In this document: one piece after another, positions 13,927 to 28,245 of the stretch
Numbering within the stretch: the stretch's first letter is position 1
Layout of the letters: each line of letters starts with the position of its first letter
Assembly: GCF_009914755.1 (NCBI RefSeq)
Contig: NC_060938.1
DNA length: 64,000 bases
Source: the human T2T-CHM13v2.0 reference genome, Homo sapiens
Strand: one strand, 5' to 3'
Program-made: the position numbers and the translations under genes
Notes under the pieces: generated by a model
Databases searched by the model: none
Told to the model about the DNA's origin: nothing
What the model saw: only the letters and a program-made list of their open reading frames with translations

Positions 13927-14904
13927 CTTTGAAAAATAATTCTTACCAAAGTGCTATGTTCTTACTTCATTTTAATCTAAGACACAGTCTTAGAAATTTA
14001 CATGTTCTTTCTGGTAAAAAGTTACTTTTACCCTAAAATAAATTCTGATAAATGATCAAAGGTTTAATTTTTTAAAAAGCTAGAAATGGGTCCAAAAACA
14101 TAAAGTTTTATTCCCAAAACTACAATTGAAGGAAAGTTTTTAAAAAGATAAACTAAAATAAGCTTAAATCTTCCATCACTCCATACAAGAAATATTATCA
14201 GAAATATCACAAATGCTCCATGTGTTTAGATTAGCATCACCAATAACTCCATGAAAAATTTATCCAGATTTTATCTCAAAAATCTTAATACGAATCCATT
14301 GTAAATCCCACAGATCTCCTACAATCACAAACAGAAAGAGAAAGAAAAAAAAAAAACAAGATTCAAAGCTTAATAAAACAGATGCCTCTTCTTGACAAGG
14401 CAATGGCTGTCAGGCAAAGCAACGACTTGTGAACTGAATCAACCTCCTCACATTCCATAAGGTGCCAATATTTATCTTAAGACAAGTGATTACTGATTAT
14501 TGGCAACTGTCTAGAAAAACAAAGCCAATGAAAGTCAGGCTGTGAGTAATGACAATTATTCAGATACCAGCAACTGTTCTAAAACGAGAATTCCAGAGGA
14601 TAGCCCATTCTCTGTCAGTGTCCCCGTGAGGGCAAGTATGGACAAACAAGTCTGCGAAACATTTTACGAAAGCTCTTAATGAACTGGAAAATACACCCGA
14701 ATTGAACTTCACTACCTTTCCAATACGCGGCAACCTCAAAAACAAGGTGTCACCAGTAAAGAGGAAGACCAGAAAAACGGGGAAAAGGAGCAAGACAGTG
14801 CAGACACCTACAAAACCTGTGAATGTAAACCTCCTGGATACCTCAGAATGAACTGTTTTAAAATGGAAGTTATTTTAATAATATTAATATCTGGTTCTCA
14901 TTAC

Positions 14905-15058
14905 CTGACAGGCAGATATAAGTTAAATATTCGCCTTGACCTCCAGTTGCCAAGAAAGGAATCTTTTTCTTTGTCCTCCTCTTGACTTGGACAGCTCCCA
15001 GCATCCTTTCATCAAGAGGTGCAAAAATTTCCTTGCTGATAGCAGATTTGGCACTCAT
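14905..15058 (-). CDS. STXBP6: Syntaxin-binding protein 6 (amisyn), first coding exon; N-terminal part of the Sec3/EXOC1-like PH domain; 51 codons + 1 nt (phase-1 donor)
   Basis: Translation MSAKSAISKEIFAPLDERMLGAVQVKRRTKKKIPFLATGGQGEYLTYICLS is recognised as the amisyn N-terminus. ATG at 15058-15056 has A at -3 (ACAATG). Donor is CAG|GTAATG at 14905/14904. Confidence 0.95.
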
Positions 15059-15090
15059 TGTAGAACAAGTGAGGACAGCACGCAGTGAAT
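15059..15090 (-). other. STXBP6: 5'UTR portion of the same STXBP6 exon (exon 15090-14905, 186 nt)
   Basis: Strong acceptor on minus strand, CTTTCCTTTCTTTTCCTTCTTTAAAAG|ATTCAC, at 15091/15090. Confidence 0.9.
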
Positions 15091-17088
15091 CTTTTAAAGA
15101 AGGAAAAGAAAGGAAAGTTGGAATTGACAACATTGTAAGGGTTCATACAATAATCAGCAGCAAGTGAATTTGCAGGTGAAGTAATTTTCAATTTACAGTT
15201 TAATCTCATAATTGCTTGAAATGTATTATAGAAACATTAAAAGCAAGGTCTTCATATTTGTAATAACTATGAAAAAATAAAGACAAAAAGGGGGTACTTA
15301 TTTACTTCCCAAAAATGTCAAACACAATATGAGATGAGTAGTACAAACTGGGATCTGGAAAGTTTGTTAATTACTACCCCAACTGCACCTCCCTCTAACT
15401 GGCAAGCAGTACCCACTCTATTCCTGTTCTGTAAGAAACATATTTCACACTTCCAGAATACAAGTCTTTCCACTGTCCAACAGTCCTTAGAGTCAAGAAA
15501 TTCTTTATGCCCCTTCAAAATCTCCTTTAATGTAAATCCATTTCCCTAATTCCATTCATAATGGAAATAATTATATCATCTTCTACACAATAACTATACA
15601 TGCAACAGAAGACCATTAAATTAATACCCTTCTTCTGCCTTTGATCACGCTAAGTAATGAATTCTTATTTATTAGCTTCTCCCAATGGGTTCTAGTTTGC
15701 AGTGCTCCTCTGCATCTAGTTACCATGCTCTGTACCCTTGACAAACACTCCACATTTTCCTTCAGCCAAAATGGATACATAATTCTAAAAACATATCTGA
15801 CTAATGCTAAGTATTTTGGAAATGTTACCCAGCAGCTCCCACATGTTATGCTCCTCTGGTTAACTGGCAGTGGATGCCCAATAATTAAGAAAATAAAGCA
15901 GTATGACGCTGACTCACAGTGAGTTCCCCCCAGAACACACACATACATAGCCCCCATGTTATATTTAGTTTTCTAAAAGTTGTACTTCCCCAATGGTCTT
16001 AACTCTGCTTATTTATATCTATTATGTTCAAGTTCAATCTGAAATATTAAGCCTGTCATCCAAAAAGATTCTACAGCAACTTGAGTAAACTTTCTCCATT
16101 CCATCATCCTAGTCATAAATAGTCTGTGCCCTAATAATGAATAGATATTTGTTCAGGCAATTCAACAAATCAAAATTAAAGGCACAGAGAGGGCCCATGG
16201 GTTGGACATGCAGAGTATCAGAGATCCCGCATATGGATCAACAGCATAGCTATCTGCAGTAACACAGCTCAAAGAGTTGATCAGACTGCTGTAAAACTGA
16301 GCCAGCTGGTTACAAAAACACCTGCTATGTGCCACTTCTATGATAAGTATTAGAGATACAATAAATAATCAAGACATGGTCCCAGTTCTCCAGGAGTTGA
16401 CTGCTAACTACATCAGAGGTTTCACTTAAATCCAGATAGTTTATAGTAAAAGATCACGGGATCATCCTTCCCAATGCAAGATTCACAAATGCTACCCACA
16501 CAACTGTTTACCTGTAACCTGTTCACATCTATAACCTCCTGGTAGGAAAGTGATATATTAAAAAAGAACACCTTTCTAGTTAAAGAAATTTCTCCTAGTT
16601 TTTATTCTGTAATAGGGCAGGTTTTCTTAGTGACACAAGAATACCTATCTATACATACACAAAGAATATGTATCTAGATATCCTAGAAATTATAGATCTA
16701 ATACCCACATCTACTTGTGCTCCAATCCCAACATTTTATCATCACCACCAGGTTCTTCATGCTGGCCAAGAACAAAATGACAACAGTGGAGGGGGACCTG
16801 TTTTTCAAATGCTGATCACTAACTGATACGGTATGATTTCCTACAAGTTGGCAACAGAATTTCATAATTTACCCCATGACTTTCCTAGGCAAGATGTTAC
16901 AATTTATCAGGGACTTTTATTTATTTTTTTTAAAGAAAGAAACACATACTGGTTATTTTCTAGCTCCAAGGCCACTTGCCTCTCACTATTTGGGTACAGG
17001 TGAAAAAGAAAGCCAGTGGTAGCACAGTGGCTTCAAACCATTTGATAAGCAATGTAGAAAGCAAGCCAAAGTCCTGAGCTGACTGGGC

Positions 17089-17092
<4 letters not shown>

Positions 17093-17124
<32 letters not shown>

Positions 17125-17406
17125 AGGCAGAGTCTTGCTTTATCACCCAGGCTGGAGTGCAGTGGTACAATCTTGACTCACTGCAACCTCCACTTCTCCG
17201 GTTCAATCGATTCTACTGCCTCAGCCTCCCCAGTAGCTGTGATTACAGGTGCCTACCACCACGCCCAGCTAATTTTTGTATTTTTAGTAGAGATAGGGTT
17301 TCACTATGTTGGCCAGGCTGGTCTCAAAACTCCTGATCTCAAGTGATGCACCCGCCTCGGCCTCCCTACGTGCTGGGATTACAGGCATGAGCCACCGCGC
17401 CCTGTC
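17093..17406 (-). mobile_element. AluS with T31 tail
   Basis: Alu consensus in reverse. Confidence 0.97.
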
Positions 17407-17714
17407 TCACCCGGTGTTCTCGGACCAGTGCCTTCCCAGCTGTCATGGCTTTTGCTTTTTCATCTCAGGTCCACAGTTTTCAAAAACTGTAGTTAAAAGA
17501 AAAAGAAAGCTATCATTTTATCATATAAAATCTGTCAGAAAAAGGAAAGAAAGAGATAATGTGGTTTTACCAAGCTTAGGAAATCCTGTTCTTTTTAAAA
17601 ACTGGTGAGAAATAGAAATGACCTTTTATTTTTTTTTTAAATACTGATAGTCAGTGACCAAGAACAAGAGAGAGAGAGAGAATAGATAAAGCCAGTAACT
17701 TCTTCATGGAGCAC

Positions 17715-17915
17715 AAGTTTTAGAATCAAACAAACTCAGGTTCAAATTTTAACTCCAACACCTAAGACTTATGTGATTTCTGGGTAAATCTCTTAAAATT
17801 ACAGACCCTTAGTTTATTAACTACAACATAGAGATGTCTTCACCTACCTCCTGGAACTAAAGAATTAAATGAAACAATATATGCAGAACACTTATTCTGT
17901 TGCCTGAATAATTAA
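17715..17915 (+). mobile_element. MIR
   Basis: ttttagaatcaaacaaactcaggttcaaat...gaattaaatgaaacaat. Confidence 0.7.
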
Positions 17916-18389
17916 AAAATGCTTAAAAATGAAACATTTTTATTAATTCTCCTACTATGATATGAAAAGATAAAAATCCCTCTGAACTTGAAGAAATTGA
18001 GTAAATGCAGCAATCTATACCAAAGGTATTTGTAAAAGTGAAACCCAACTTTATTTACAAATCCTCACCTTTCTCACCCATCAGTGTGAGACCCTCCACC
18101 TACAGATAAACAGTCTCTTATAGGGATGGTTTTGTACTAAGTATCACAAGGATAAGGAATTTATAGGCATCACTCTTTAGGATACTCACTAGGAGATTAT
18201 CAGATTCATTCTATGTGAAATTATCAAAAGTTTTTATTCAGGGCAATGACACTAACAGGACAGTGTGGAGCACACATGTATACATGTTTTTAATGTCACC
18301 CTGGGAATGGTAATAATGCACAGCAGATTAGATGGAAAAGAATCAGAAAGTAAAAGGGGTACTGTCATAACTTCATAGCAATAACTTAA

Positions 18390-18535
18390 GAGTATCCCAA
18401 ATCTGATTGTATGTCTGAATTCAGCATGGAGAGCTTTTCAAAAACGCAGACCCCTGGGTCCTTCCTTTATACCCACCAAATTAGAATCCTGGGATCTGTA
18501 TTTTAAACAACTCTAACTGGTTCTCATGCAGCCAT
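18390..18535. mobile_element. MER5-like hAT-Charlie MITE
   Basis: gagagcttttcaaaaacgcagacccctgggtcc...gatctgtattttaaacaactc...gttctcatgcagcc. Confidence 0.65.
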
Positions 18536-19819
18536 GCAGTCATTCTGCCACCTAATTTAAATGCTCTGAGCCTAGAGAGGAGCTAAAACCTAGACCAGAA
18601 ATGTAGTGATGGGAATGGAAAGGATGAATCATTTCAGGAGAGAATATAGGAAGACAATGCACAGGATTTTTTTCTCTCCATCTAAGCAGCTTTATCAAGC
18701 CTTACGTCTTAGTGTTGGTAAATCATTGTCCATCCCAAGGCTGAGAACCCACTGTAAGAAATTAAGATGAATATAACAGCAATGGTACACCAATGATCAC
18801 TAGTTACTCCAACCTATATCACCCCATGGAAGCCTTTTCTTTTCCTGCTTCTACAGGTTGTAATTACAAAATTTTTCCATCCAAGAAACCAACCTACAAT
18901 ATGATTTGCAAGTCAAAGCAGCTGGTTCCCATAAGTGTTAGTTACAAAAAACTAATCACAGTTAGTTCTGATCTTCTCACTTTGTGCCATCACATCTATA
19001 CATACCATTCTTGTTAATGCATGGCTACTGTAGTGTGATGCCTTTCCACTGCCCAAGTAACTAGGAAATAAGACCATCCTTTAGGTTAGGAGTTGCAAAC
19101 TCAAATGACCTCAGAGAACAGGTAGATGAAGCGCATAAGCAAAGGGGAACAGGTGTAAGATGCAACATTTTTGGTTTCCAGTAGTGGAACTGGTATTTGT
19201 CATCTGTGGTCAGGAGACCAAGAGTAGTAGTAGGAACTGCAGCAAATTAAAAACCTCCATTGTTAAGGCATTCATTATCATGCAGGTAGTTCTAGGGAAG
19301 TATAGTCTACAGCCCTTAAATATTTTTCATGTGAGAAGAAAGAATCTCCTCTGGTAAGGCAACAGTGCCATCTATTTAGCTTAATACTGTTAGATAGTTG
19401 ATCTAACTTCATTAACTCCTCTGTTCTGATCCCATGTTTAACATGCAATCCTCTGATCAAGTTTTGGCCTTGTGGCTGTGCCACACAATTATTCTAGACT
19501 ATGTAACAATTATACTTCCTATTGTAAATGAGTAACCAAGAATTTTAGACATCAGTCTCATAAGCTAGTTAATGTGTCTCAACACTAAAGCAGATGCAGT
19601 CAGCATGCTGATAACAAGTTTCAGAGTCTTTGAAGTTAAGAACCAAGATGATGTCACCCTGGAAGACTCTGGGGGGAAAATCAGCTAGTCTTTCCTACTT
19701 CAACGGAACTTCAGTTTGGTGAACCCAAATAAGTTAGAAATAAGAGAAATAAGATTCTCTAAAATTAGACTTCTTTGCATTACCACTTTGTTTTTGAAAT
19801 TCTACAAATTCAATTTTAA

Positions 19820-20200
19820 GTCCCACCTATAATGTTGATGACACTAATCATGCATCCAACTCAGAGTGTCTTTCTGGCTTTAAACCCATATACCTAGCTG
19901 TAGACTGAGCATTTCCACTGAGACCTAACCTAGACCCTTCCTTCTCCCTCAACCCTTTCAAATCCCCATAACGAACCAATCACCAAGTCCTGTGGATTTG
20001 ATTTAATATTTCTAGACTAGCTTTTCTTCATTCTCACTTCCTCTGCCTTAGTTTGGGTCTTCACCATCCCCGGCCTGAATAATTTTGATGCTTCCTCTAA
20101 AGGACTCCAGTACTGCTCTTACTTTACCACAATCAGCCCTCTACACTGTCCAATGTCATATTCCAAAGGATGAATATGATTCAAGCTTAACTGTACTTAA
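19820..20200 (+). mobile_element. L2 fragment
   Basis: cccacctataatgttgatgac...ccaatcaccaagtcctgtggatt. Confidence 0.65.
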
Positions 20201-21124
20201 CTGCTTCTTCTCCATGCCTCAGCTATTGACAAAGAAACACAATAATCTTAACAAGGAAAAAGACAATTTTGTAAATGTTAAAATCTAAATGGAGAAATGT
20301 TAAATTACTTCCCTTAAAAGCCACAATATAGACATACTAAATGCTACAAAACAGATGTTATTATATATCACTAAACCTAGAAATCTAAAAATGTTAATTT
20401 TGCTCCAAAGTTCAAAAACTTTAACAGGTAGTCAGAAAATATACAAGCTTTTATGCAAAGAAAATCAATTTTATTTTTTCTGATGTCATATATTAAGATC
20501 AAGGAGATAATATGAGGCCAATTTAGCCCCTTTAAAAGTGTTTAAGAAAGAGTTACTGATTTTTAACAAAATGTTTACTTAGATAATGTTTCTCTTTGAT
20601 AAGACAGTTCTCAAGTTGAAAGCTTTAGTCTTTCCATGGTATGTAGGCATGTGAATAAACAATAAATTAGACAAAAATTTTAGTCCACCAACCAGTTTTT
20701 CCATGTAATTCAACTACTACTCTTAACTACTAGTTCTTATAAGTAGATTCTAAAAAGGAAGTCAGATATGCTATTAGAATAGACAGGTAACTTTAATCTG
20801 GTGACAACATTTGAAGTCTTAAAAGTACAATCACTTCAAGTTCAATCACTCTTTATTGCTACAAACAAGGGCTATTGGATGGGCTTGCCATGGTGAGAAA
20901 CCAGATGGGAATAGCAGACCAAGAACCCATATTTAAGGCTTCACAAGCTTTACAAAATTAGGGTAAAATCAATAGACATTCAGCAAATCCTCTAACAACA
21001 TACTTAAAGGAGCCAGAAACTTCTAAACATGAAAAATAATGGGGATATGAATAAAAACTAAAAACATTATCTGTTCTGCTAGAAAAATAGTTGAAGATAG
21101 GAAAAAAAATATCTTAAAGTAGAA

Positions 21125-21272
21125 ACTCCAAACAAAAACTGCACATGAACATCACCTGGGTGCCCAGGTCCTGCTCACAGAGATTCAGGGGATCTGGGGC
21201 TAGGGCCTGCAACTTGTTTTCTGAATGACTTCTTCAGTTTATTCTGCTATACAACCAGGTCCAGAGCCACTA
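21125..21272. mobile_element. MER5A-like hAT MITE
   Basis: gcacatgaacatcacctggg...cagagattcag...ctggggctagggcctgc...ccaggtccagagccact. Confidence 0.65.
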
Positions 21273-21521
21273 TCTTTGGGTTTTCCCCCTGTATTTAATG
21301 AATTACTTATAAAACAAATAAAAAGACCCCAGAAACAAGTGTACATGGCAAATATTTTGTAAAGCCCTAGTAATGAATCATTGAAGTTTACATAGCACTT
21401 CATGATTTACAAAGTATTTCTATATCTAATCCCAAATGTGTAATCAAGAGAGCCACTGAATATATCTTCCAAAGTTTGCTTCAAAACTGTAAATTAGAAT
21501 CTTCAGATATGTATGTGAGTA

Positions 21522-21804
<283 letters not shown>

Positions 21805-21914
21805 CAGATATGTGTTTTTATGAAGGGTAAACTATGTCATTTTTAACACACCCAATTGGTGCAAGGATTATGAGGAAGTGTTATAATTCCTCTCCAACAG
21901 AGATTAATATGAGT

Positions 21915-22305
21915 TGAAACCTTTTGAGCCAGCAACTCTACCATTAGAAAAAATGGTGTGAGCATGCACACACCATGTGTGTGTTACAGATGCATGTTTA
22001 CCTCAGATCCATTTTTAAGAAAAAATCATCATAAACAACCTAAATACCCATCAATCTTCATTGGTTAAATACAGTATAGCCCATCCACCCAACAGAATAT
22101 TACATATCCTTTTAAAATTGTGGCACAGACCTACAGATATTGACTTGGAAAAATTGCCAAGAAATAATACAGAGTGAAAACAAGGAGGTTATAAAACAGA
22201 AAATGAGCTCATGAATTTGCAATTTTATGTGTATATTTACATGCATAAAGAGATGTCTAGAAAATAGTTTGCCAAAACGTTAATATGATTATCTCTGGAT
22301 TTTGA
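21915..22305 (+). mobile_element. Old L1ME-like 3' fragment
   Basis: aaacaacctaaatacccatcaat...gaatattac...gattatctctgg. Confidence 0.65.
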
Positions 22306-24233
22306 AACAAGGAAACAGGTCAGAGATTCTGCAGGACAGTCTTCGTACTCCACTAAAATCTCAGTGGAGTGCTCCTTGAAAATTGCGGTTTTAAGGCACA
22401 TTCTTTCCACCAAACCTGGAAGACCTATCAAAATACATTTTATTGAGACCCAATTATAAGTTGACCATATTCTTTTTTCAACTCCAGTCCAGGCATAGTG
22501 TTGAGAACCCCAAAGTAAATTAGCAAACTCCCACCCTCAAAAAGCTGTGAGAAAGGAGAGCAAACGCTGTGAATAATGACAAGGCTTAGAAGATAACTTT
22601 GTAGGAAGAAAATGGTACCCTTCTTCTGTCCAATTGCAGCTCAATGCTGGAGCCTTCAACCTGGTGAACAGAGCACCAGCTACGCGTTAGCCTGCGCTTG
22701 CTCTCTTAGATGAATAACTCTGGAACAATGTAAAAACAACACAACCGTACACAACAGCCCTGGTCATACTGTTTAATTCTTTAAGGAAGGAAACGAGGAA
22801 TTGCTTTTCTGCCATCAGACTGCCAAAGACTATGAGACCCGATTGGCTTTCTTTTCCCTGTACATACTAACTCTCCCTGTGTAAAAGACATTATGTTCAC
22901 AGGATTCTCTGAGCCCATGACTCATGTCTGCTTCAACTATAAACCTAGATTATTTTCATCTCCTCTTTCCTTGTTTATATGTCCAGTATACACATTCTTC
23001 TTGTAAGTCTGATATCCAAAGAACAAACCCTGACCACAAGATCTGTGTTTACACAAGTTTATTTACATTGCGGGTGTACCTTTTAATCTTGTCAATTACT
23101 ACATCCTAACTTTCACAAATGATATGACAAAGCCAAAAAATAACACCACCAACAAAAGCTACATAGGATATGTCATTTGGAGGATTTATTGAGGTAAGAC
23201 GAAGATTTCATAAGCATCACTCATTCCAAGGGATTCTATTAATAGGAACTCCACATTCACAAGTTTAAATTCCAAGGACCAGTTAAGCCAGTTCTACAGT
23301 ATCCATGTACCCTTTCTACAGTAATGGGTAGAAATAAAGAATCATAGTGAAGGCCAGGCTAGAATACACTCATTGGTGTATTATGGATACTGACGAGATT
23401 ATCAATCTAAAACATAGAACAAACCTTGAAAAGTGAATTGAACCACATCAAAAGAGGAAGGTAGTAACAGAAAAAAATTAAAAAGAGCTCAACTTTTTGA
23501 CATTCCCCTATTTTTACTGAGCAATCATGTCATTGTAGTATCCAACAACTAGTCAGCAAACTAAGAAAACAATATGTTGACTTGAGAACATCACTTACAG
23601 CAGACAGCACTGGAAATAGCCAAATCTATTCCAACCATGTTCAAATACAGGCAAAAGCCACATAAAGATTGACTTAACATGAAAATAAACATTTTAATTA
23701 TCTGCTAGGTTCTGCACTACTTGCTGAATTAGTTTGTTTCTTTTGCTTACACTGAAGAAAAGACAGAAGGAAAAGCACTAAACCCATATATGAAAGGAAG
23801 TAAAAAGTTTGCATAGTAGGTCAGTTGTTTTCCCCTTAGAGGAGGGTATGATTGATAACAGAAATTGCAGATTTAAAAAGAAAACAAGAAGATGTGTCTA
23901 CCATTAAAAATAAAGAAACAAACAGAAACATAAACTCTCCAGCAAGCATAACATGAGCTTTTTATATTAGATATTTGTTGACTCAAGCTTTAGGTAAATT
24001 TTAAGTTTTCTTGATTTAAGCTAATTCTATTTTGGAAAAGACTTAAAATATAACAGTGAAAAAATAATGAGCCTTTAAAGAAAGCCTCCATTTTTTAAGA
24101 GTTTGAAACCTATAAAAACCTAAAATACAGTTGAAACAAGTTTATATGCTTTCTAAAATTTTTTAAATCAGAGCAAAACTTCTTTAAAGTATTCTCTAAA
24201 TCAAACATCAATTTTAAAACATTCCTTATTCAT

Positions 24234-24610
<377 letters not shown>

Positions 24611-25036
24611 TCATCAGTGTTATACTCCAACATGACGTCTTCACAGCAGTGAGAGGCACAGAAGCAATGTGACACTCTGAGGAGCCATTTTACACATACC
24701 TACTCTGTTTAAAAGGCAAGACACTGTGCCCTTCAATGCCTCAATTTCCCAAATGAAATTTCCAGTGAGGTTTATGAACACTTCTGATCTCATTAAGGAT
24801 CTGGCCAAGGACTGTAATTCCAACTTATCTGATCTCCCCAAGGGTCAACTTCACGAATTCATGCCAGTGTAGTACAATCTGAATGGTGATCGAAAGGCTT
24901 CCTTCTCAGCCTCCAAAAGCAATTTCCCCATCTGTCAGCTACCTCAAATTCTGACATAAGAGATGTATATACTTAGATATGTGACTTTGGTATTCAAAAA
25001 ATCCTTATTAATATGCTTATACTCCGGGTGCAGAGA

Positions 25037-25165
25037 CTTTTACAGATGAGGAAACTAAAGCTAATTGGTTAAGTAAATTGTCCTACATCACACAGCTCAA
25101 GGGCAGAGCAGGGACTTAAACCTAAGATGCATGACTCCAGAAGCCTTTGCTCTTTCTTACTATCT
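25037..25165 (-). mobile_element. MIR
   Basis: ttttacagatgaggaaactaaag...tcacacagct...tgactccagaagcc. Confidence 0.8.
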
Positions 25166-26099
25166 CATATTGAAGAAATGAGAAAGGTACGGAAAGGTGA
25201 GGCTGGAATGCATTCTAGGTAAAACAGGACAAATTCAACTGCTTTACACTTTTGCCTCTGGCCACATTTTCTGGTGTACAAGATACTGTTATCACCCTAG
25301 CCCAGCAGCTACAAAGATAACAAATCGAGCTGTAGTTTGAAGTCATTCTTTCTGGATATCTGTTCATCTTGTGTGTGCATATCATGCTGGTTCGTTGGCA
25401 AAGGAGTTGCACAGCCTTATTAGGATAGAGCTTGTTTTGATTCTACAAATAAAAATGGGAGTTGACAATACATTAGCAGAGAGATTCTGCAACAGATCTC
25501 TAACTCCATAAAGGGGACAATGCCTATGAAAGCCTCATCACAGCTGCTCACCACCATCATTTCGAGACCTGCAGTTTGCAACAGGAGTCAACTCCTGAGA
25601 TCTTGGATGGCTGCCACAAGGCAGTTTTATGAGCCTTGCAGGCTACTTTCCAAACCGGAAAACGCTTAAATATGAAAGGCACATTTTCAAAGGTTTCTGC
25701 TGGTTCTCAAGGGAAGTCCTCTTCCACTTCCTTTGCTGTATTACCCCCACTCTGGCATTTCAAAAGCACAACTTGGACCCTCCCTGTTACCTTCCTGTTC
25801 CCACTTTTTCTGGGCCTTCTATCTTTTGCTGACAGTGCTTCAAGGAACCTTAGCTTCTCCAGCAGCAATGCCCTGAGTTTCACCAATTTCAAAGGCTCTG
25901 CAAGAAGAATTTCATCATTTTACTTTACGGAGAAGGATCTCAGCAAGATATTCACAAATAAGCTAACCAACCACATTATTTGACACCCTTTTGGGCCTTA
26001 CACACCAGCAGCTTACACCTCAGTTAAAAAGTGTGGGCACAGCAGAAATGTGGCATTCTTAAGCTTAAAAGTTTAATGCCTGGAAGTGATCCTAGTGAT

Positions 26100-26215
26100 G
26101 GTCTATCTCATCCAATTACCTCACTTAACACATAAGGAAACTGAAGTCCAGAGGGTGATTCCAAAGTCACACAACAGAAGAGTAGCAAAACCAATATTAG
26201 GGCTAAATATTGCTC
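26100..26215 (-). mobile_element. MIR/MIR3 fragment
   Basis: aaggaaactgaagtccagaggg...ccaaagtcacacaac. Confidence 0.65.
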
Positions 26216-28124
26216 TCGACTTTTTTAAGTAAAAAACAGAGAAACATGAAATGATAATGTAAATAGTAGAGCAGTGCCGAATTTGTGGAAGGTGAGAACA
26301 GGTGGTGTGTTGGGGGAATGATGATAACAGAGAAAGAGAAAACATGATTAATCACAGTGGGGACTCTTCTCAGATTAAATTTTTTTTCTTGGGAATTGGC
26401 TTGAAATTAAGTGCTGAACTAGAAAACCTCTAGCCCATAGAGTTCTAAACCTTAACTCTTGGCTATCACCTTTTTCCCCTTGAATTTTCACAGTTTGTTT
26501 TCTCATTTGGCTATTGAGGCCAAAAGCAATGATGGTCTGCCCAAGCGGAACAGCCCAGGATAGTCCAAGAAGCACAGACTAACTCTGGCCAAGCTCCAAC
26601 CCACAGGCCTCTGTATTGACTCCAACTGAGCCCCTTCTACAGTCTCCAGGCTCTGAGCCACTGGCAGAAGAATACACCCTGGGAAAAGTCACATGTCCAT
26701 TCTCGGTTTGGGAATTAATGTGCTGGTGTTGGTGGTCTCCTGAAAGCACACACTAACCATACCAGGAGCCTGGATCAGCTGTTGACAGGGTTTCTCAGTA
26801 CCTATTCCAGGCCCTGGTAAACAACAGGGTGGGAAAATAGGAATCCGTCTAGCCCAGTTCTTGTCTTTGGAACTGCACCCTTCAGCCGCAGCACAAAAAC
26901 ACCACCAGGTGCCTGCAATCTGTAATCAGTGCTCTATTAAAACACTCTCAGAAACACTGGAATTATCCTGATTTCCACACACAGCTGCACAAGGTCCTGT
27001 TGGGTAACTGGAGAGTCTTTACAGGTTCACTTAAGCTACAAACTAGAATGCCTTGGTTAGGATTGAGCACATTCAATGGTGAAATCTCCATGTGAGTGGA
27101 ATGGGTGGATAGGTGGTCATCTCTATTCTATGTCTTGAGATGTAACAGAATAGCCTACAAATCCAGGTCAGACTCAAAGTCCATATGCAAATTCAGGCTC
27201 TGCTCTATTCAATCAATTCCTCTGTCATTCAATGTCAACCCCTTTTTAATCAGCATGTTCCAGAAAATAACTAACTTCTGACCTAACTAGCTGTGCAGTG
27301 TTTGATAGGAAGGAAAAAAAAATCTATCAATTGAATACTACCCTAATATGAACTCAATTAACACTAGTACAAGCTTAATGGTACCACACACTAACACATT
27401 ACAAAGACATTCAAACAAATGTGATCGGGATCACCATCCAAAAGCTGGGGGCCAAGGTACAGGAGTCACTTCTCCCCTGACTCGACCTGACAGATGTTGG
27501 ATGGTGACAAGAAGTTTTTACATTTGTCATCACAGGACCTAGGTCTGAGCCTGTCTTTGCCTTTACTCAATGAATAATATTTGGGCAAAATCCTACATCT
27601 TTGAGACCTGCATCTTCACCTTTAAAGTAGGATAGTACCACCCACTTCCTAGGACTGTTGTGAAGGATGAAGAAGGAGGTTATGGAAATCAGCTCCCTGG
27701 GTCCAACTGCTCCCACCTGGGGTGTCCTGATTCTTGAAAAGCAGGCAAGCACATCAGCATGTCAGCTTCTTATTTGCAAAAGCATGTTCATCACAGAGTA
27801 TTTTACAAAGCCTTTCCTCAAGTGCCATCCTATTTCATCTTCCACACTTGCGAGAGAGGTATGATTGTCTCTACTGACACATAAAGAGAAGGAATGGGTC
27901 TTCCTCCTCCAATCCCATATCATTTCCATTGCTACCCTCTGCCACTCCATAGGGAATGGCCAGCCTAAGCAGGAAGATAATGGCAAGAGCCAAGTCAAGT
28001 CTTTCCCACTGTGAGGTGTTGTTACCCAAGGGAGATGCAGAGTGGTGTGAACATATTCTTAAAAAGGAGAAAAACAAACAGAAAATGGACAAAGAGCAGA
28101 GCAAAGCTGGAATAAGATACACAC

Positions 28125-28245
28125 TTACTCATTCAATATCACTGCATTGTCCTAACGCTGAGGATACTGAGGAGAAGAAGAGCAACAAAGTACTTTCCCT
28201 CATGGAGCTTACATTCTAGTGGGGAAGAAGAACAATCAACAAGTT
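28125..28245 (-). mobile_element. L2 3' fragment
   Basis: ccctcatggagcttacattctagtgggga. Confidence 0.75.

Noticed and set aside
14870-15133. 87-aa ORF-track call as a complete protein
   Set aside because: It runs through both splice sites into intron; only 15058-14905 is coding.
22345-22372. Small hairpin gtactccact...agtggagtgc
   Set aside because: Too short for a pre-miRNA or other structured RNA; likely chance.
25629-25983. Cluster of overlapping ORFs (67, 115, 61 aa) in unique sequence
   Set aside because: No recognisable domain or exon structure; within chance expectation.
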